From Bacteroidetes bacterium GWF2_29_10 (GTDB lineage: Bacteria; Bacteroidota; Bacteroidia; Bacteroidales; GWE2-29-8), in the NCBI GenBank assembly GCA_001768555.1, contig MEOD01000055.1, positions 27,473 through 91,472 on the forward strand: a DNA stretch of 64,000 nt, in the 5' to 3' direction. The position numbers and the translations under genes are program-made. Shown piece by piece: positions 19,906-29,676 of the stretch; the stretch's first letter is position 1; the number at the start of each line of letters is the position of its first letter. Below the pieces are notes generated by a model. It worked only from the letters and a program-made list of their open reading frames with translations. It searched no databases and was not told the origin of the DNA.

Positions 19906-22044
19906 TCAATCTTTCTCTGCAACATCCTTTAATGTTAACTGTATTCTTTTTCGGGATATATCTATTTCTATAATTTTAACTTTTAGATGTTGATGCAGTT
20001 TTACAACTTCTGCCGGATTGGAAATAAATACGTCTGACATTTGGGATATATGGATTAAGCCATTTTCTTTAATCCCAATATCAACGAAAGCACCAAAAGC
20101 AGTAAGATTAGTTACAACTCCTGGCAATATCATACCTTCATGTAAATCTTCTATTGTTTTTATTTTTTTGTCAAACTCTAGTACTTTTGCTTCTTTTCGG
20201 ATATCTCTATTTGGTTTTTCTAATTCCTTTAAAATATCCGTTAAAGTATAAAGTCCTATTGATGAATCTATATATTTATTAACGTCTATTTTTGATAAGA
20301 CATCCTTATTACCTATGAGATTTGATATTTGAATATTTAAATCGGTTGCTATTTTTGACACTATATGATAACTTTCGGGATGCACTGCACTATTATCTAA
20401 TGGATTATTACTTTCGGGAATTCTTATAAAAGCAACGCATTGTTCAAAAGCTTTATTCCCTAAACGTGGAACCTTTAACAAATCAGATCTTTTTGTTATA
20501 GGACCTTTCTCTTCTATATATTTTACAATATTCTCCGCTGTTTGATTATTCAACCCTGAAACATATTGCAACAAACTCTTACTTGCATTGTTTAGATTTA
20601 CTCCAACACTATTTACACAGCTAATAACAACATTGTCTAACGAATCTTTTAATTTTGATTGGTTAACATCATGTTGATATTGCCCAACTCCTATTGAAGA
20701 GGGATCTATTTTTACTAATTCTGACAATGGGTCTATCAATCTGCGCCCAATAGAAATAGCTCCTCTTACTGTAACATCATATTCTGGAAATTCTTCCCTC
20801 GCTATTTTTGACGCTGAATAAATTGAAGCCCCTGCTTCGCTAACAACAAACACTTTTATATCTTTATCAAAACGAACTTTCTTTATAAAAGATTCGGTTT
20901 CTCTACTTGCAGTACCATTACCAATTGCAATTGCATCAATCTTACAACTATTAACCAAGCTTAAAATCTTTTTGCCTGCACTCATATAATCGTTTTTCGG
21001 AGCATTAGGGTATATCGTATCATTTACTATTAATTTCCCATTTTCATCAAGACAAACAATTTTACAACCTGTCCTAAATCCCGGATCTATTGCCAAAACT
21101 CGCTTCTTACCTAATGGTGGTGACAGCAATAATTGTCGCAAATTCTCCACAAATATTCTTATTGCCTCTTCATCTGCCTTATCCTTAAAAATACTATAAG
21201 CCTCATTCTCTATAGAAGGTTTTATTAATCTTTTAAAACTATCCTTAATTGCAGTTTTAACATGCTGTGCTGATATTGAATGATTTTCCACAAAATAGCT
21301 TTCAACTATATTTATTGCCTTATCTGTATCTATATCCAAGGAAACTTTTAGAAATCCTTCTGTTTCTCCTCTAATTACTGCTAGATAACGATGCGAAGGA
21401 CACCTATGTAACAATTCACTATAATCAAAAAAATCTTTATACTTAATTCCTTCTTCGTCCTTACCTTTCGCAACTTTAGATACTAAACGTGATTCCCTCT
21501 CATATAAAAGTCTTATAGAATTACGCACTTCTATTTCCTCATTCACTATTTCTGCAATAATATCCTCAGCTCCTTGCAAAGCATCTTCTATATTTACTAC
21601 ATCTTTTGTTATATATTTTTTTGCTTCAATATTTGGAGCATCTTTTGTTTGTTTCAATAAGAATAAAGCCAAAGGTTCCAAACCTTTTTCTCTTGCAATT
21701 ACTGCTTTTGTCTTTCTTTTTGTTTTAAAAGGCAGATATATATCTTCAAGCGTAATTATATTATCCGCATTATCTATCTTTCTTTGAAGATCATCAGTTA
21801 ATTTTTCTTGTTCTTGCAAACTTTTCAATATAGAAGTCTTCCTTAGCTCTAGCTCTATTATTTTTTGATATTCTTTTTTTATTGTTTCAATTTTCACCTC
21901 ATCAAGGTTTCCTGTCTTTTCTTTCCTATAACGAGCTATAAAAGGAATCGAACAATCATCCTCCAACAATTTTACTGTATTGTAAACATTATGATAATCC
22001 TCATTTATACTTCTTGCTAATTTTTCTATTCGTGTTGTGTTCAT
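19906..22044 (-). CDS. tex: Tex-like transcription accessory protein (S1 RNA-binding domain)
   Basis: CSIPFIARYRKE, a YqgF-like core (VLAIDPGFRTGCK), HhH motifs and a C-terminal S1 domain (GVVTNLTAFGAFVDIG). Confidence 0.9.
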   Translation of the reverse strand: MNTTRIEKLARSINEDYHNVYNTVKLLEDDCSIPFIARYRKEKTGNLDEVKIETIKKEYQKIIELELRKTSILKSLQEQEKLTDDLQRKIDNADNIITLEDIYLPFKTKRKTKAVIAREKGLEPLALFLLKQTKDAPNIEAKKYITKDVVNIEDALQGAEDIIAEIVNEEIEVRNSIRLLYERESRLVSKVAKGKDEEGIKYKDFFDYSELLHRCPSHRYLAVIRGETEGFLKVSLDIDTDKAINIVESYFVENHSISAQHVKTAIKDSFKRLIKPSIENEAYSIFKDKADEEAIRIFVENLRQLLLSPPLGKKRVLAIDPGFRTGCKIVCLDENGKLIVNDTIYPNAPKNDYMSAGKKILSLVNSCKIDAIAIGNGTASRETESFIKKVRFDKDIKVFVVSEAGASIYSASKIAREEFPEYDVTVRGAISIGRRLIDPLSELVKIDPSSIGVGQYQHDVNQSKLKDSLDNVVISCVNSVGVNLNNASKSLLQYVSGLNNQTAENIVKYIEEKGPITKRSDLLKVPRLGNKAFEQCVAFIRIPESNNPLDNSAVHPESYHIVSKIATDLNIQISNLIGNKDVLSKIDVNKYIDSSIGLYTLTDILKELEKPNRDIRKEAKVLEFDKKIKTIEDLHEGMILPGVVTNLTAFGAFVDIGIKENGLIHISQMSDVFISNPAEVVKLHQHLKVKIIEIDISRKRIQLTLKDVAEKD

Positions 22045-22066
22045 AAATTTCTATTTATTTAACCAA

Positions 22067-22633
22067 TTAAACTTGATTTAAATGCTCTAATAATATTTTC
22101 AATCCAATTCCTATTAATATTACGCCTCCCAATATTTCCATTCTTTTGCCATACTTCGCTCCCGTTTTTTTCCCAAACAAAATGCCAAGCATTGCAACAA
22201 TAAAAGTCACACTACCTATTATAAACCCTATTAATAATATAGGTGTATTAATTGATATTAACGCAAAACTAACACCAACAACCAAAGCATCTATACTCGT
22301 TGCAACTGAAATTGTCAATAAAAAATAAATATTCAAAGGATTTATTCGGCATGATTCATCTTTCTTAAAACTTTCAATTATCATCTTAACTCCAACTATT
22401 GATAATAACGTAAATGCAATCCAATGGTCATAATCTGAAATATAATCCTTAACCTCATACCCTAAAATCCAACCCAAAACTGGCATACCTCCCTGAAATA
22501 ATGCTAAAAAGAAAGCAATACGTAATGCTTTTAAAAAAGTAATATCTCGCATTGCCAACCCTGACGACACTGACACAGCAAATGAATCAAAACAAAGCCC
22601 TATCGCTATAATAAATATTGTAATAACTTCCAT
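22067..22633 (-). CDS. mntP: manganese efflux pump MntP
   Basis: 188 aa with 6 TM segments and duplicated DSFAVS / DALVVG motifs. Confidence 0.8.
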   Translation of the reverse strand: MEVITIFIIAIGLCFDSFAVSVSSGLAMRDITFLKALRIAFFLALFQGGMPVLGWILGYEVKDYISDYDHWIAFTLLSIVGVKMIIESFKKDESCRINPLNIYFLLTISVATSIDALVVGVSFALISINTPILLIGFIIGSVTFIVAMLGILFGKKTGAKYGKRMEILGGVILIGIGLKILLEHLNQV

Positions 22634-22709
22634 AATAAAAGCAAAAGTAATTTATTATAGATATTTATACAAAATTTTATAAAAAATAATTGTTTTCCAA
22701 TTTTTTTAC

Positions 22710-22717
22710 TATTTTTG
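22710..22717 (+). promoter_or_regulatory. Bacteroidota-type -7 box (TATTTTTG) upstream of tRNA-Met
   Basis: TAnnTTTG match 13 nt upstream of the mature tRNA 5' end, with a TTG at 22690-22692 at -33-like spacing. Confidence 0.35.
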
Positions 22718-22729
22718 CACTCTCAAAAT

Positions 22730-22803
22730 GGCGAGGTAGCTCAGATGGTTAGAGCGCAGGATTCATAACCCTGAGGTCACGGGTTCAACTCCCGTCCTCG
22801 CTA
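22730..22803 (+). tRNA. tRNA-Met (anticodon CAU; lysidine-modified Ile2 identity not excluded)
   Basis: Manual cloverleaf: acceptor GGCGAGG/CCTCGCT (G1-U72), D arm GCTC-AGATGGTTA-GAGC, anticodon loop TTCATAA, T arm ACGGG-TTCAACT-CCCGT, discriminator A. No CCA is encoded. There is an A31-C39 mismatch in the anticodon stem. Confidence 0.8.
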
Positions 22804-22823
22804 CTTTTTGTTAAGAAATCCAA

Positions 22824-24506
22824 TCATTCCAACAACAACGCTTTCTTCCTCTTTACACATTCATTATTAACATTAAAAACATTAATAATATACATCCCTC
22901 TCGGCAAATTATAACTCTTATTATCCATACCTTTCAAATCCGCCCTTATAACAACACTACCCTGCAAATTACTTATAATAAAACTACCTTTATCTTCTGA
23001 TTTATTAACCATATTGATGCAATTATCATAACAATTAATCTCCACATTACAATTATTATCCAAAACATTCTCACTAATTGACAATGGATATTCCGAACTG
23101 TAAATTTCATATTGCAAAGAAGCCGTAGAATAATAATTCTTATCAAACCTTTTAACAATAATAATATAAGACGAATAATTACTAACACTATCCAAAAACG
23201 TAGAATAATAACCATCCGTATTCTTCTCAATTTCTTGTAATGCAAACTCCCCTGACGAAAAATTTATTTTCAATAAAACCAATTCCATATCCGTATTCTT
23301 TGTTTCTGGCTTTAAAACTATATGCACTGACTTGCTCGCCTTAAAACTTATATAATCCGCACCCATACGCATCAATCTCCCATTACCATCCACATTGCTA
23401 TAATAACTTAAATCAATACCCTTAAAATTAATCACTCCATCCAAACCCAACCCTCCTTGATTCGCTTTCAAATAATTATAATACACCTTACCCCTTTCAT
23501 AAGTATAAGGCTCTGCTTGTGCTGAATTCGTCAACAAAACATTCGCAATATAAAAATTATTTTGCATCTCTTTAAAACTACTCCCATACAAAGCCAAAGC
23601 ATCATCAATACCCTTAATTTCAGTATAAGTAATCGTCCGTTTATAAATATTATTAATAATAGTATCCGACGTATGCTCCGTAATATATTTCGCAAAAAGC
23701 CACGTCCCATACCAATGCTCATAATACTTACCATTAGCATCCTGCAAAACTGACAAATTCAACGCTATGTCAAAATTAAAAAACAAATCCTTTAAATAAT
23801 ACAAATTATCATCAAGACCCGGAAAAACCAAATCCTCTGCCCATACTGCCGTCATCTCCTTAAACCACAAACTCATATTCGTTTTAGCATAACCCAACTG
23901 AATAGCATGCATAAACTCGTGCGCAGACGTAACCTTCATAACAATATCTTTATCCCCAGCAAACTTCGAATAATCATTACGCATACACATAAAGCTAGTC
24001 CAGGCATCAGTCTCTATCTCTTTACTCATATTATTATCACCAATATTATCCTCTGGCAACACAAAACCACAAACTGTAGTACCTATTGCATCCAAATTCC
24101 CAATATAAACATCATACAAACTATCCCCTCCAATAACTCCATCAGAAGGCGGTAAAGTAAACTTATTTCTAACAAAAGTATTATAAATACTATCAAAAAT
24201 CATTGCCATATCCTCTACATAATCAGGCAAACCATTAAAATCTGCATCAACATTCGAAACAGAATCTAATCCATACTTCGTCGTATAATGAAACACAAAA
24301 TACTTCGACGTAAAAAGCCTCTCTTCATCAAAAACCGGCCTATACGAATTAGCTTCAAAAGGTCTTTCAATTGACTTATACTTCGACAACAACAAATCCT
24401 TATCATGCATCAAATACTTTTCTGCAACCCCAACTATATTTGTATTTTGTCCATAACTATTAAAAATAGCAATCAAGGAAATAAACATTATGTATAATTT
24501 CTTCAT
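22824..24506 (-). CDS. secreted HExxH metalloprotease-like protein with T9SS C-terminal sorting domain
   Basis: Signal peptide, a SAHEFMHAIQ zinc motif, and a C-terminal beta-sandwich tail (LPRGMYIINVFNVNNECVKRK) typical of T9SS type A sorting domains. Confidence 0.55.
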   Translation of the reverse strand: MKKLYIMFISLIAIFNSYGQNTNIVGVAEKYLMHDKDLLLSKYKSIERPFEANSYRPVFDEERLFTSKYFVFHYTTKYGLDSVSNVDADFNGLPDYVEDMAMIFDSIYNTFVRNKFTLPPSDGVIGGDSLYDVYIGNLDAIGTTVCGFVLPEDNIGDNNMSKEIETDAWTSFMCMRNDYSKFAGDKDIVMKVTSAHEFMHAIQLGYAKTNMSLWFKEMTAVWAEDLVFPGLDDNLYYLKDLFFNFDIALNLSVLQDANGKYYEHWYGTWLFAKYITEHTSDTIINNIYKRTITYTEIKGIDDALALYGSSFKEMQNNFYIANVLLTNSAQAEPYTYERGKVYYNYLKANQGGLGLDGVINFKGIDLSYYSNVDGNGRLMRMGADYISFKASKSVHIVLKPETKNTDMELVLLKINFSSGEFALQEIEKNTDGYYSTFLDSVSNYSSYIIIVKRFDKNYYSTASLQYEIYSSEYPLSISENVLDNNCNVEINCYDNCINMVNKSEDKGSFIISNLQGSVVIRADLKGMDNKSYNLPRGMYIINVFNVNNECVKRKKALLLE

Positions 24507-25035
24507 AACTTAAACAAAATTTAATTAAAAAAGACCCCGAAGATATGCAATAAATATTTGACTACCAAATCCCAATGCAAAAAACAAATCCTAAACAATA
24601 TTATTATTAAACACAAAAATCCACACTCCACTCAAAAAAACACTAACACCTATAAATAAGACCTAAACAAAAATCTTAATTAACACTATCCAATAAAGTG
24701 TGTAAACTGAAAATTTATTTCTTAATTTTTTCGTTATTAAATCTCAATAATTTTTTAGATTTTGCTATTGAATCATCAAAATTTAGTAAATTTATTGATG
24801 AATATCTGAGAGATGGCACCCGCGCTATTTAGCTGTTCCTCAATTAAACCTTTTTCTTATTGAACCAAAAGTTCGTTTTACAATGTATCTTGTTTTAATA
24901 ATGAGTTTGTTAAACTTTAACTCTCAATTTCTGTTAATGTTTTGTTCTTTGAAGCTTTTAATATAATGTGATTCCTTAGTTTTAAATAACTATTGATTAA
25001 TAATTTAAGTAATTATTTTTAAAATTTTGCCTTGT

Positions 25036-25165
25036 AACGGTTTTGATCTTTACGGTCGAGTTCAAAGTCTCTCTGGACGTCGTCACTTTTCGTCCGACGG
25101 GGGGATTTTCGACCATCTAAAAAACACCCGAAAAGCACTTTTAAGCTCTTAGGAACGCGCATAGC
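25036..25165. other. GC-enriched island with nested inverted repeats (candidate small structured RNA or tiny basic ORF)
   Basis: Nested inverted repeats are ggtcga...tcgacc, ggacg...cgtcc and cgtcg...cgacg. GC content is locally much higher than the flanks. A 47-codon ORF is present on the minus strand (25019-25162). Confidence 0.25.
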
Positions 25166-25175
25166 ACTGCAATTA

Positions 25176-26117
25176 TTAATTGAAAAAAAGATAATATTTA
25201 GTTTTACTGTTTGAATTGAATTCTACTGTTGGTAAAGGTATTTTTATGAATCCTATGGCATTTTTTATGGTATTTACAATTTTGTTTCTTGTTTTTATTT
25301 TGCGGAGGTCAATGTCGGTTGATATGTAAAACTGTGTGTATTCATCGAAGTGGGGTAGTGCTTTTCCGTTGTATGTATCTGGGTTTCCATATCCTGTAAT
25401 CATCCCATCAGCTCCGTATCCGAAGCTAATGCATAACCATTCTGGAAATTTTGTGTGTTGAAAGGCTATTTGCTTGATGTTTACCGAAAGCCAGTATGTT
25501 TGACCGTTATAGTCCTTTATCATTCTTTCTAGTCCGTTTTTTCCGAGCTTATCTGGAGCATATTGAGCGTATTTTGTATTGTGGTATGATATCTTAGGCG
25601 TTATGAAAATGTTTCTAAAAGCTATTCCTTGTGAAATTAATAATGAAGCTCCTATTGTATTTGCGAGAATATCTCCATTTGAAAATCCCCATTCTTTAGA
25701 GAATCCATCAAATATCTCTATTGATGTAAGAAAGAATAACCCAGAAAGTCCGCCAACCCATATTGATTTTTTCTCGCTGTACCCAGCCCATCTGCAAGCA
25801 TTAATCCCTGTATATCCTACGTGGAACGCAGTTGTTGCATGCCCTATTTTGTCAATGTGATGCCATCCCGCATTATCATTGAAGAAATGAAAACTTGCCT
25901 TTGGATAATCTTTATACCAAAGATCATATAGTCCATACATTGTTATTGAATATGCAGCAATTGAAGGGTATATTAAAATGTTCTTTCTGCATTTTAGGGA
26001 GTCATTTTCGTAATTTCCCGCTTTGCTGTTGAGATAGGGTAGGGATAATAAAAATAAAGCAATGAAAAAAATTACATTACGTTTGATTGTACAAAAGTTG
26101 GATATCTTTATATTCAA
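25176..26117 (-). CDS. DUF2279-like outer-membrane/lipoprotein
   Basis: Signal sequence plus WHHIDKIGHATTAFHV and SNGDILANTIGA motifs, recalled from the DUF2279 family. Confidence 0.45.
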   Translation of the reverse strand: MNIKISNFCTIKRNVIFFIALFLLSLPYLNSKAGNYENDSLKCRKNILIYPSIAAYSITMYGLYDLWYKDYPKASFHFFNDNAGWHHIDKIGHATTAFHVGYTGINACRWAGYSEKKSIWVGGLSGLFFLTSIEIFDGFSKEWGFSNGDILANTIGASLLISQGIAFRNIFITPKISYHNTKYAQYAPDKLGKNGLERMIKDYNGQTYWLSVNIKQIAFQHTKFPEWLCISFGYGADGMITGYGNPDTYNGKALPHFDEYTQFYISTDIDLRKIKTRNKIVNTIKNAIGFIKIPLPTVEFNSNSKTKYYLFFN

Positions 26118-26136
26118 AGCTTTATTCCTAATAGTT

Positions 26137-26895
26137 TTAAACCTTATGAGAATACACCATGTTTGCCATTGCTTTTGGCATTACTATTATTTCATTTATG
26201 TTAACGTGTTCAGGTTGAGACGCAGCAAAGAATATACATTCAGCAACGTCTTCGCCTGATAGAGGTTTGTACCCATTATAAACGTCTTTAGCTTTTTCTT
26301 TATCACCTTTAAAACGTACGATTGAAAATTCCGTTTCCGCAGGACCTGGATTTATAGATGTAACTTTAATTCCGTGTTCAAGCATGTCAATACGCATTGC
26401 GGCTGTTAGAGCATCAAGTGCGTGCTTTGTTGCACAATAAACATTTCCGTTTTTATATACTCCTTTTGCAGCAATAGAGCTAATATTGATTATATGTCCT
26501 TTTGCTTGCTTGATAAGTAACGGAGCAACCGCACGAGTTGTGTACAATACACCTTTCACATTTGTATCAATCATAGTGTCCCAGTCATCTATATTTCCTT
26601 CATGAATTTCCCCTAATCCTAAAGCTAATCCTGCATTATTAACAAGAACATCTATTTTTTTCCATTCAGCATCAATATTGTTAATTGCTTTCGTTACCTG
26701 CTCATTATCGCGTACGTCGAAGCAAAGGGTAAGTACTTCAGTTTTGAATTCTTGCTTGAGAAAGTTCGCTAACTCTGAAAGTAGTTCTTGACGCCTTCCT
26801 GTTATTATTAATTTGTATCCATTTTGAGCAAATTTGATTGCTGTAAATTTCCCAATACCAGCTGTTGCCCCAGTAATTAATGCTATTTTACTCAT
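26137..26895 (-). CDS. SDR-family NADP-dependent oxidoreductase (YdfG-like)
   Basis: TGATAGIGK cofactor motif, NNAG, and the catalytic YCATKHA (YxxxK). Confidence 0.85.
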   Translation of the reverse strand: MSKIALITGATAGIGKFTAIKFAQNGYKLIITGRRQELLSELANFLKQEFKTEVLTLCFDVRDNEQVTKAINNIDAEWKKIDVLVNNAGLALGLGEIHEGNIDDWDTMIDTNVKGVLYTTRAVAPLLIKQAKGHIINISSIAAKGVYKNGNVYCATKHALDALTAAMRIDMLEHGIKVTSINPGPAETEFSIVRFKGDKEKAKDVYNGYKPLSGEDVAECIFFAASQPEHVNINEIIVMPKAMANMVYSHKV

Positions 26896-26915
26896 AGTTA
26901 TTTATATTAAAGTTA

Positions 26916-27221
26916 TTATCTTCTATTTGGATATATTAAGTTTTTATACCATCTTGAAATGAAAAACTCACCCTTATTATCATTAACACGTCCTGCTTTT
27001 CGCTTATTACGTTTCATGGCTTTTCGTGTTGCTTTCGTTTGATTTTTTTTATGTTGTTTGAGAGCCGCGTTTATTTGTTTTTGAGCTTCTTTATCTCTGG
27101 CTTTTTTTTTCTTTTCTATTTCTTTTTTTTGTTCCTCGACTTTCTTTGATTGTGCCGTAGTTTGCTGTGTTGAAAACAAAAAGAACAAAGCAAATATTAT
27201 AATAGCATAAAGAGATTTCAT
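26916..27221 (-). CDS. small secreted lysine-rich protein
   Basis: 101 aa with a signal peptide, followed by highly basic low-complexity sequence (KKVEEQKKEIEKKKKARDKEAQK). Confidence 0.4.
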   Translation of the reverse strand: MKSLYAIIIFALFFLFSTQQTTAQSKKVEEQKKEIEKKKKARDKEAQKQINAALKQHKKNQTKATRKAMKRNKRKAGRVNDNKGEFFISRWYKNLIYPNRR

Positions 27222-27410
27222 GTTTTTTAAATTCTATGTATAAAAAGCAAAGTTAATAATTTTAATACTAGAGGTATTTATTTTGGTAAGTTTTTTCCAA
27301 ATACAAAGCTTATATCTATCTTCAATTCCATAAAATGATTAAAAAAAAACTGAAAATTAGACTACATTTGTTTTTTTCGTACCTTTGAACTTTAAATGTA
27401 AAATGAGCAA

Positions 27411-29654
27411 ATGAGAAAATTTAATGTAAGTTCGGAGAAAAAGGAAATATTAAGGAAATATGGAGTTTTATTAAGGACATGCCGACCAAACACCAATCAG
27501 GAACAGAAACAATTGATAAGAAAAGCTTTTAATGTTGCATTAGAAGCTCATCGTGATATGCGCAGACAATCTGGTGAACCATACATTTATCATCCAATTG
27601 CTGTAGCTATGATTGTAACAACTGAAATCGGATTGGGAACAACATCTATTGTATGTAGCTTGTTGCACGACGTCGTTGAAGATACAGATTACACATTGCT
27701 AGACATAGAAAATATGTTTGGACCGAAAATATCGAAGATTATAGATGGTTTGACTAAGATTTCGGATATTCAAGCTACTTCTTTGCAGGCTGAGAATTTT
27801 AAGAAAATGTTGTTTACTTTATCCGATGACGTAAGAGTTATTCTTATAAAGCTTGCGGATAGATTGCATAACATGCGAACTCTGGATTCATTGCCCTTGG
27901 AAAAGCAAATGAGGATTGCCTCTGAAACAAAGTATTTTTATGCTCCTTTGGCGCATAGGCTTGGTTTGTTCTCAATAAAGAGCGAGCTAGAGGATTTAGT
28001 CTTGAAATACACGGAGCCTGATGTGTATAGGCAAATAACAGAAAAAATTGCAGATTCGGAAGAGGAAAGAGCAATCTTTATAGAAAAATTCATGGAACCT
28101 TTGAAGTTTGGCTTGGACAAAAAAGGCTTCTCTTATCAAATAATGAGCAGAATTAAGTCGATTAATTCCATATGGAACAAGATGAAGAAGAAAGATATTC
28201 CATTCGAAGAAGTATATGACTTATTTGCAATTAGAATAATTGTGGATTCCCCTTATGAAAATGAAAAGTCTGATTGCTGGAAGGTTTATTCCTTGACAAC
28301 TGATATTTATAAATCAAACCCTGACAGGTTGAGAGATTGGATTTCTAACCCGAAAGCAAATGGTTATGAGTCATTGCATACAACAGTAATGAGCAATCAA
28401 GGCAAATGGGTTGAGGTACAAATTCGTTCAACACGCATGAACGAAATTGCAGAGAAAGGTTATGCTGCTCATTGGAAATATAAAGAAACTTATCCTACCG
28501 ATCTTGGAGTCGATTCATGGCTTACTAAAATACGTGAAATGCTCCAAAATCCTGAATGCGATGCTTTGGACTTTCTTGATGATATTAAATTAAACTTATT
28601 CTCAGAAGAAATATTTGTATTTACTCCATCGGGAGAAATAAAAACTTTGCCTATACATTCTTCAATTATAGATTTTGCTTATGCAATACACACAAAATTA
28701 GGTGATACATGTATTGGAGGAAAAGTTAACCATAAAACCGTGCCATTTAATTATAAATTAAAGAGTGGAGACCAGGTGGAAGTATTGACTTCCACAAAGC
28801 AAAGACCAAAGGAAGAATGGCTGGACTTTGCCCTTACGGCAAGAGCAAAGTCGAAAATAAAAGACGCTTTGAAAGAAGAGAAAAAAATAATAACAGAGAA
28901 AGGTAAAGAACTACTTACTGCAAAGTTTGGAGCATTGAAGATAGAGATGAATAGTGAAAGCATAAACAGACTGCAAAACTTCTATAACATACCGAATAAC
29001 AATGAATTATTTTACAGAATAGGCAACGGAACAATTACCGATAACCATATAAAAACATACCTCAAGTCGAAAGAAAAAAATAAATGGTTAAATTATCTAA
29101 CTAAAGCATTTGTTAGAGACAAGAAAGATAAGTTCGAAGTGAAAAGCGATGATGAAGCATTGAAATTCTCAAGTAAACTTCTTGATAAGATTAAAAGCAA
29201 TCACGAATCCCTCGTTATTGGAGAAAAAGATGCAATAAAATATTCTATAGCTACATGCTGTAATCCTATTCCAGGAGATGACATATTTGGATTTATTGAT
29301 TTGGATGAAGGCATAAAAATACACAGAATCAATTGCCCAGAAGGAATTCAGCTTCTTTCAAAGTATGGAAAACGGATCATTAAAACAAAGTGGACAAAAA
29401 ATGCTGCTGTAGCAATGCTTACTGGTATTCATATAAATGGAATTGATGATATGGGTATTATTAGCAATATTACAAAGATAATCTCGAATGAATTAAACAT
29501 AAATATGCGTTCAATATCATTTGAATCAAGTGATGGAGTTTATCAAGGAACGGTGACTTTATATGTGCATGATACAAAGCACTTAAATGACTTAATATTA
29601 AAGCTAAAGAAAGTGCATGGAGTATTAAACGTTACACGAATAGAGAGGGGCTAG
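27411..29654 (+). CDS. bifunctional (p)ppGpp synthetase/hydrolase, RelA/SpoT family
   Basis: HD hydrolase motif (HDVVEDT), a synthetase domain (YESLHTTV, RTxxMxxxAExGxAAHWKYK), plus TGS and ACT-like C-terminal domains. Confidence 0.9.
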   Translation: MRKFNVSSEKKEILRKYGVLLRTCRPNTNQEQKQLIRKAFNVALEAHRDMRRQSGEPYIYHPIAVAMIVTTEIGLGTTSIVCSLLHDVVEDTDYTLLDIENMFGPKISKIIDGLTKISDIQATSLQAENFKKMLFTLSDDVRVILIKLADRLHNMRTLDSLPLEKQMRIASETKYFYAPLAHRLGLFSIKSELEDLVLKYTEPDVYRQITEKIADSEEERAIFIEKFMEPLKFGLDKKGFSYQIMSRIKSINSIWNKMKKKDIPFEEVYDLFAIRIIVDSPYENEKSDCWKVYSLTTDIYKSNPDRLRDWISNPKANGYESLHTTVMSNQGKWVEVQIRSTRMNEIAEKGYAAHWKYKETYPTDLGVDSWLTKIREMLQNPECDALDFLDDIKLNLFSEEIFVFTPSGEIKTLPIHSSIIDFAYAIHTKLGDTCIGGKVNHKTVPFNYKLKSGDQVEVLTSTKQRPKEEWLDFALTARAKSKIKDALKEEKKIITEKGKELLTAKFGALKIEMNSESINRLQNFYNIPNNNELFYRIGNGTITDNHIKTYLKSKEKNKWLNYLTKAFVRDKKDKFEVKSDDEALKFSSKLLDKIKSNHESLVIGEKDAIKYSIATCCNPIPGDDIFGFIDLDEGIKIHRINCPEGIQLLSKYGKRIIKTKWTKNAAVAMLTGIHINGIDDMGIISNITKIISNELNINMRSISFESSDGVYQGTVTLYVHDTKHLNDLILKLKKVHGVLNVTRIERG

Positions 29655-29676
29655 TATTAACAAAAAGTAATCGTTT

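Noticed and set aside
22973-24155. Several 63-90-aa ORFs inside and antisense to the T9SS metalloprotease gene
   Set aside because: They are nested, low-complexity (R/I/L-rich) alternative frames. The 560-aa frame carries the signal peptide, the HExxH motif and the sorting domain.
24780-25175. tmRNA (ssrA), given that smpB is in the window and the region looks structured
   Set aside because: There is no GGGG-type 5' end pairing with a tRNA-like 3' acceptor/T-arm. There is no alanine-resume codon followed by a tag ORF ending in the usual hydrophobic tail. The resemblance to remembered Bacteroidota tmRNA 5' sequence was too weak.
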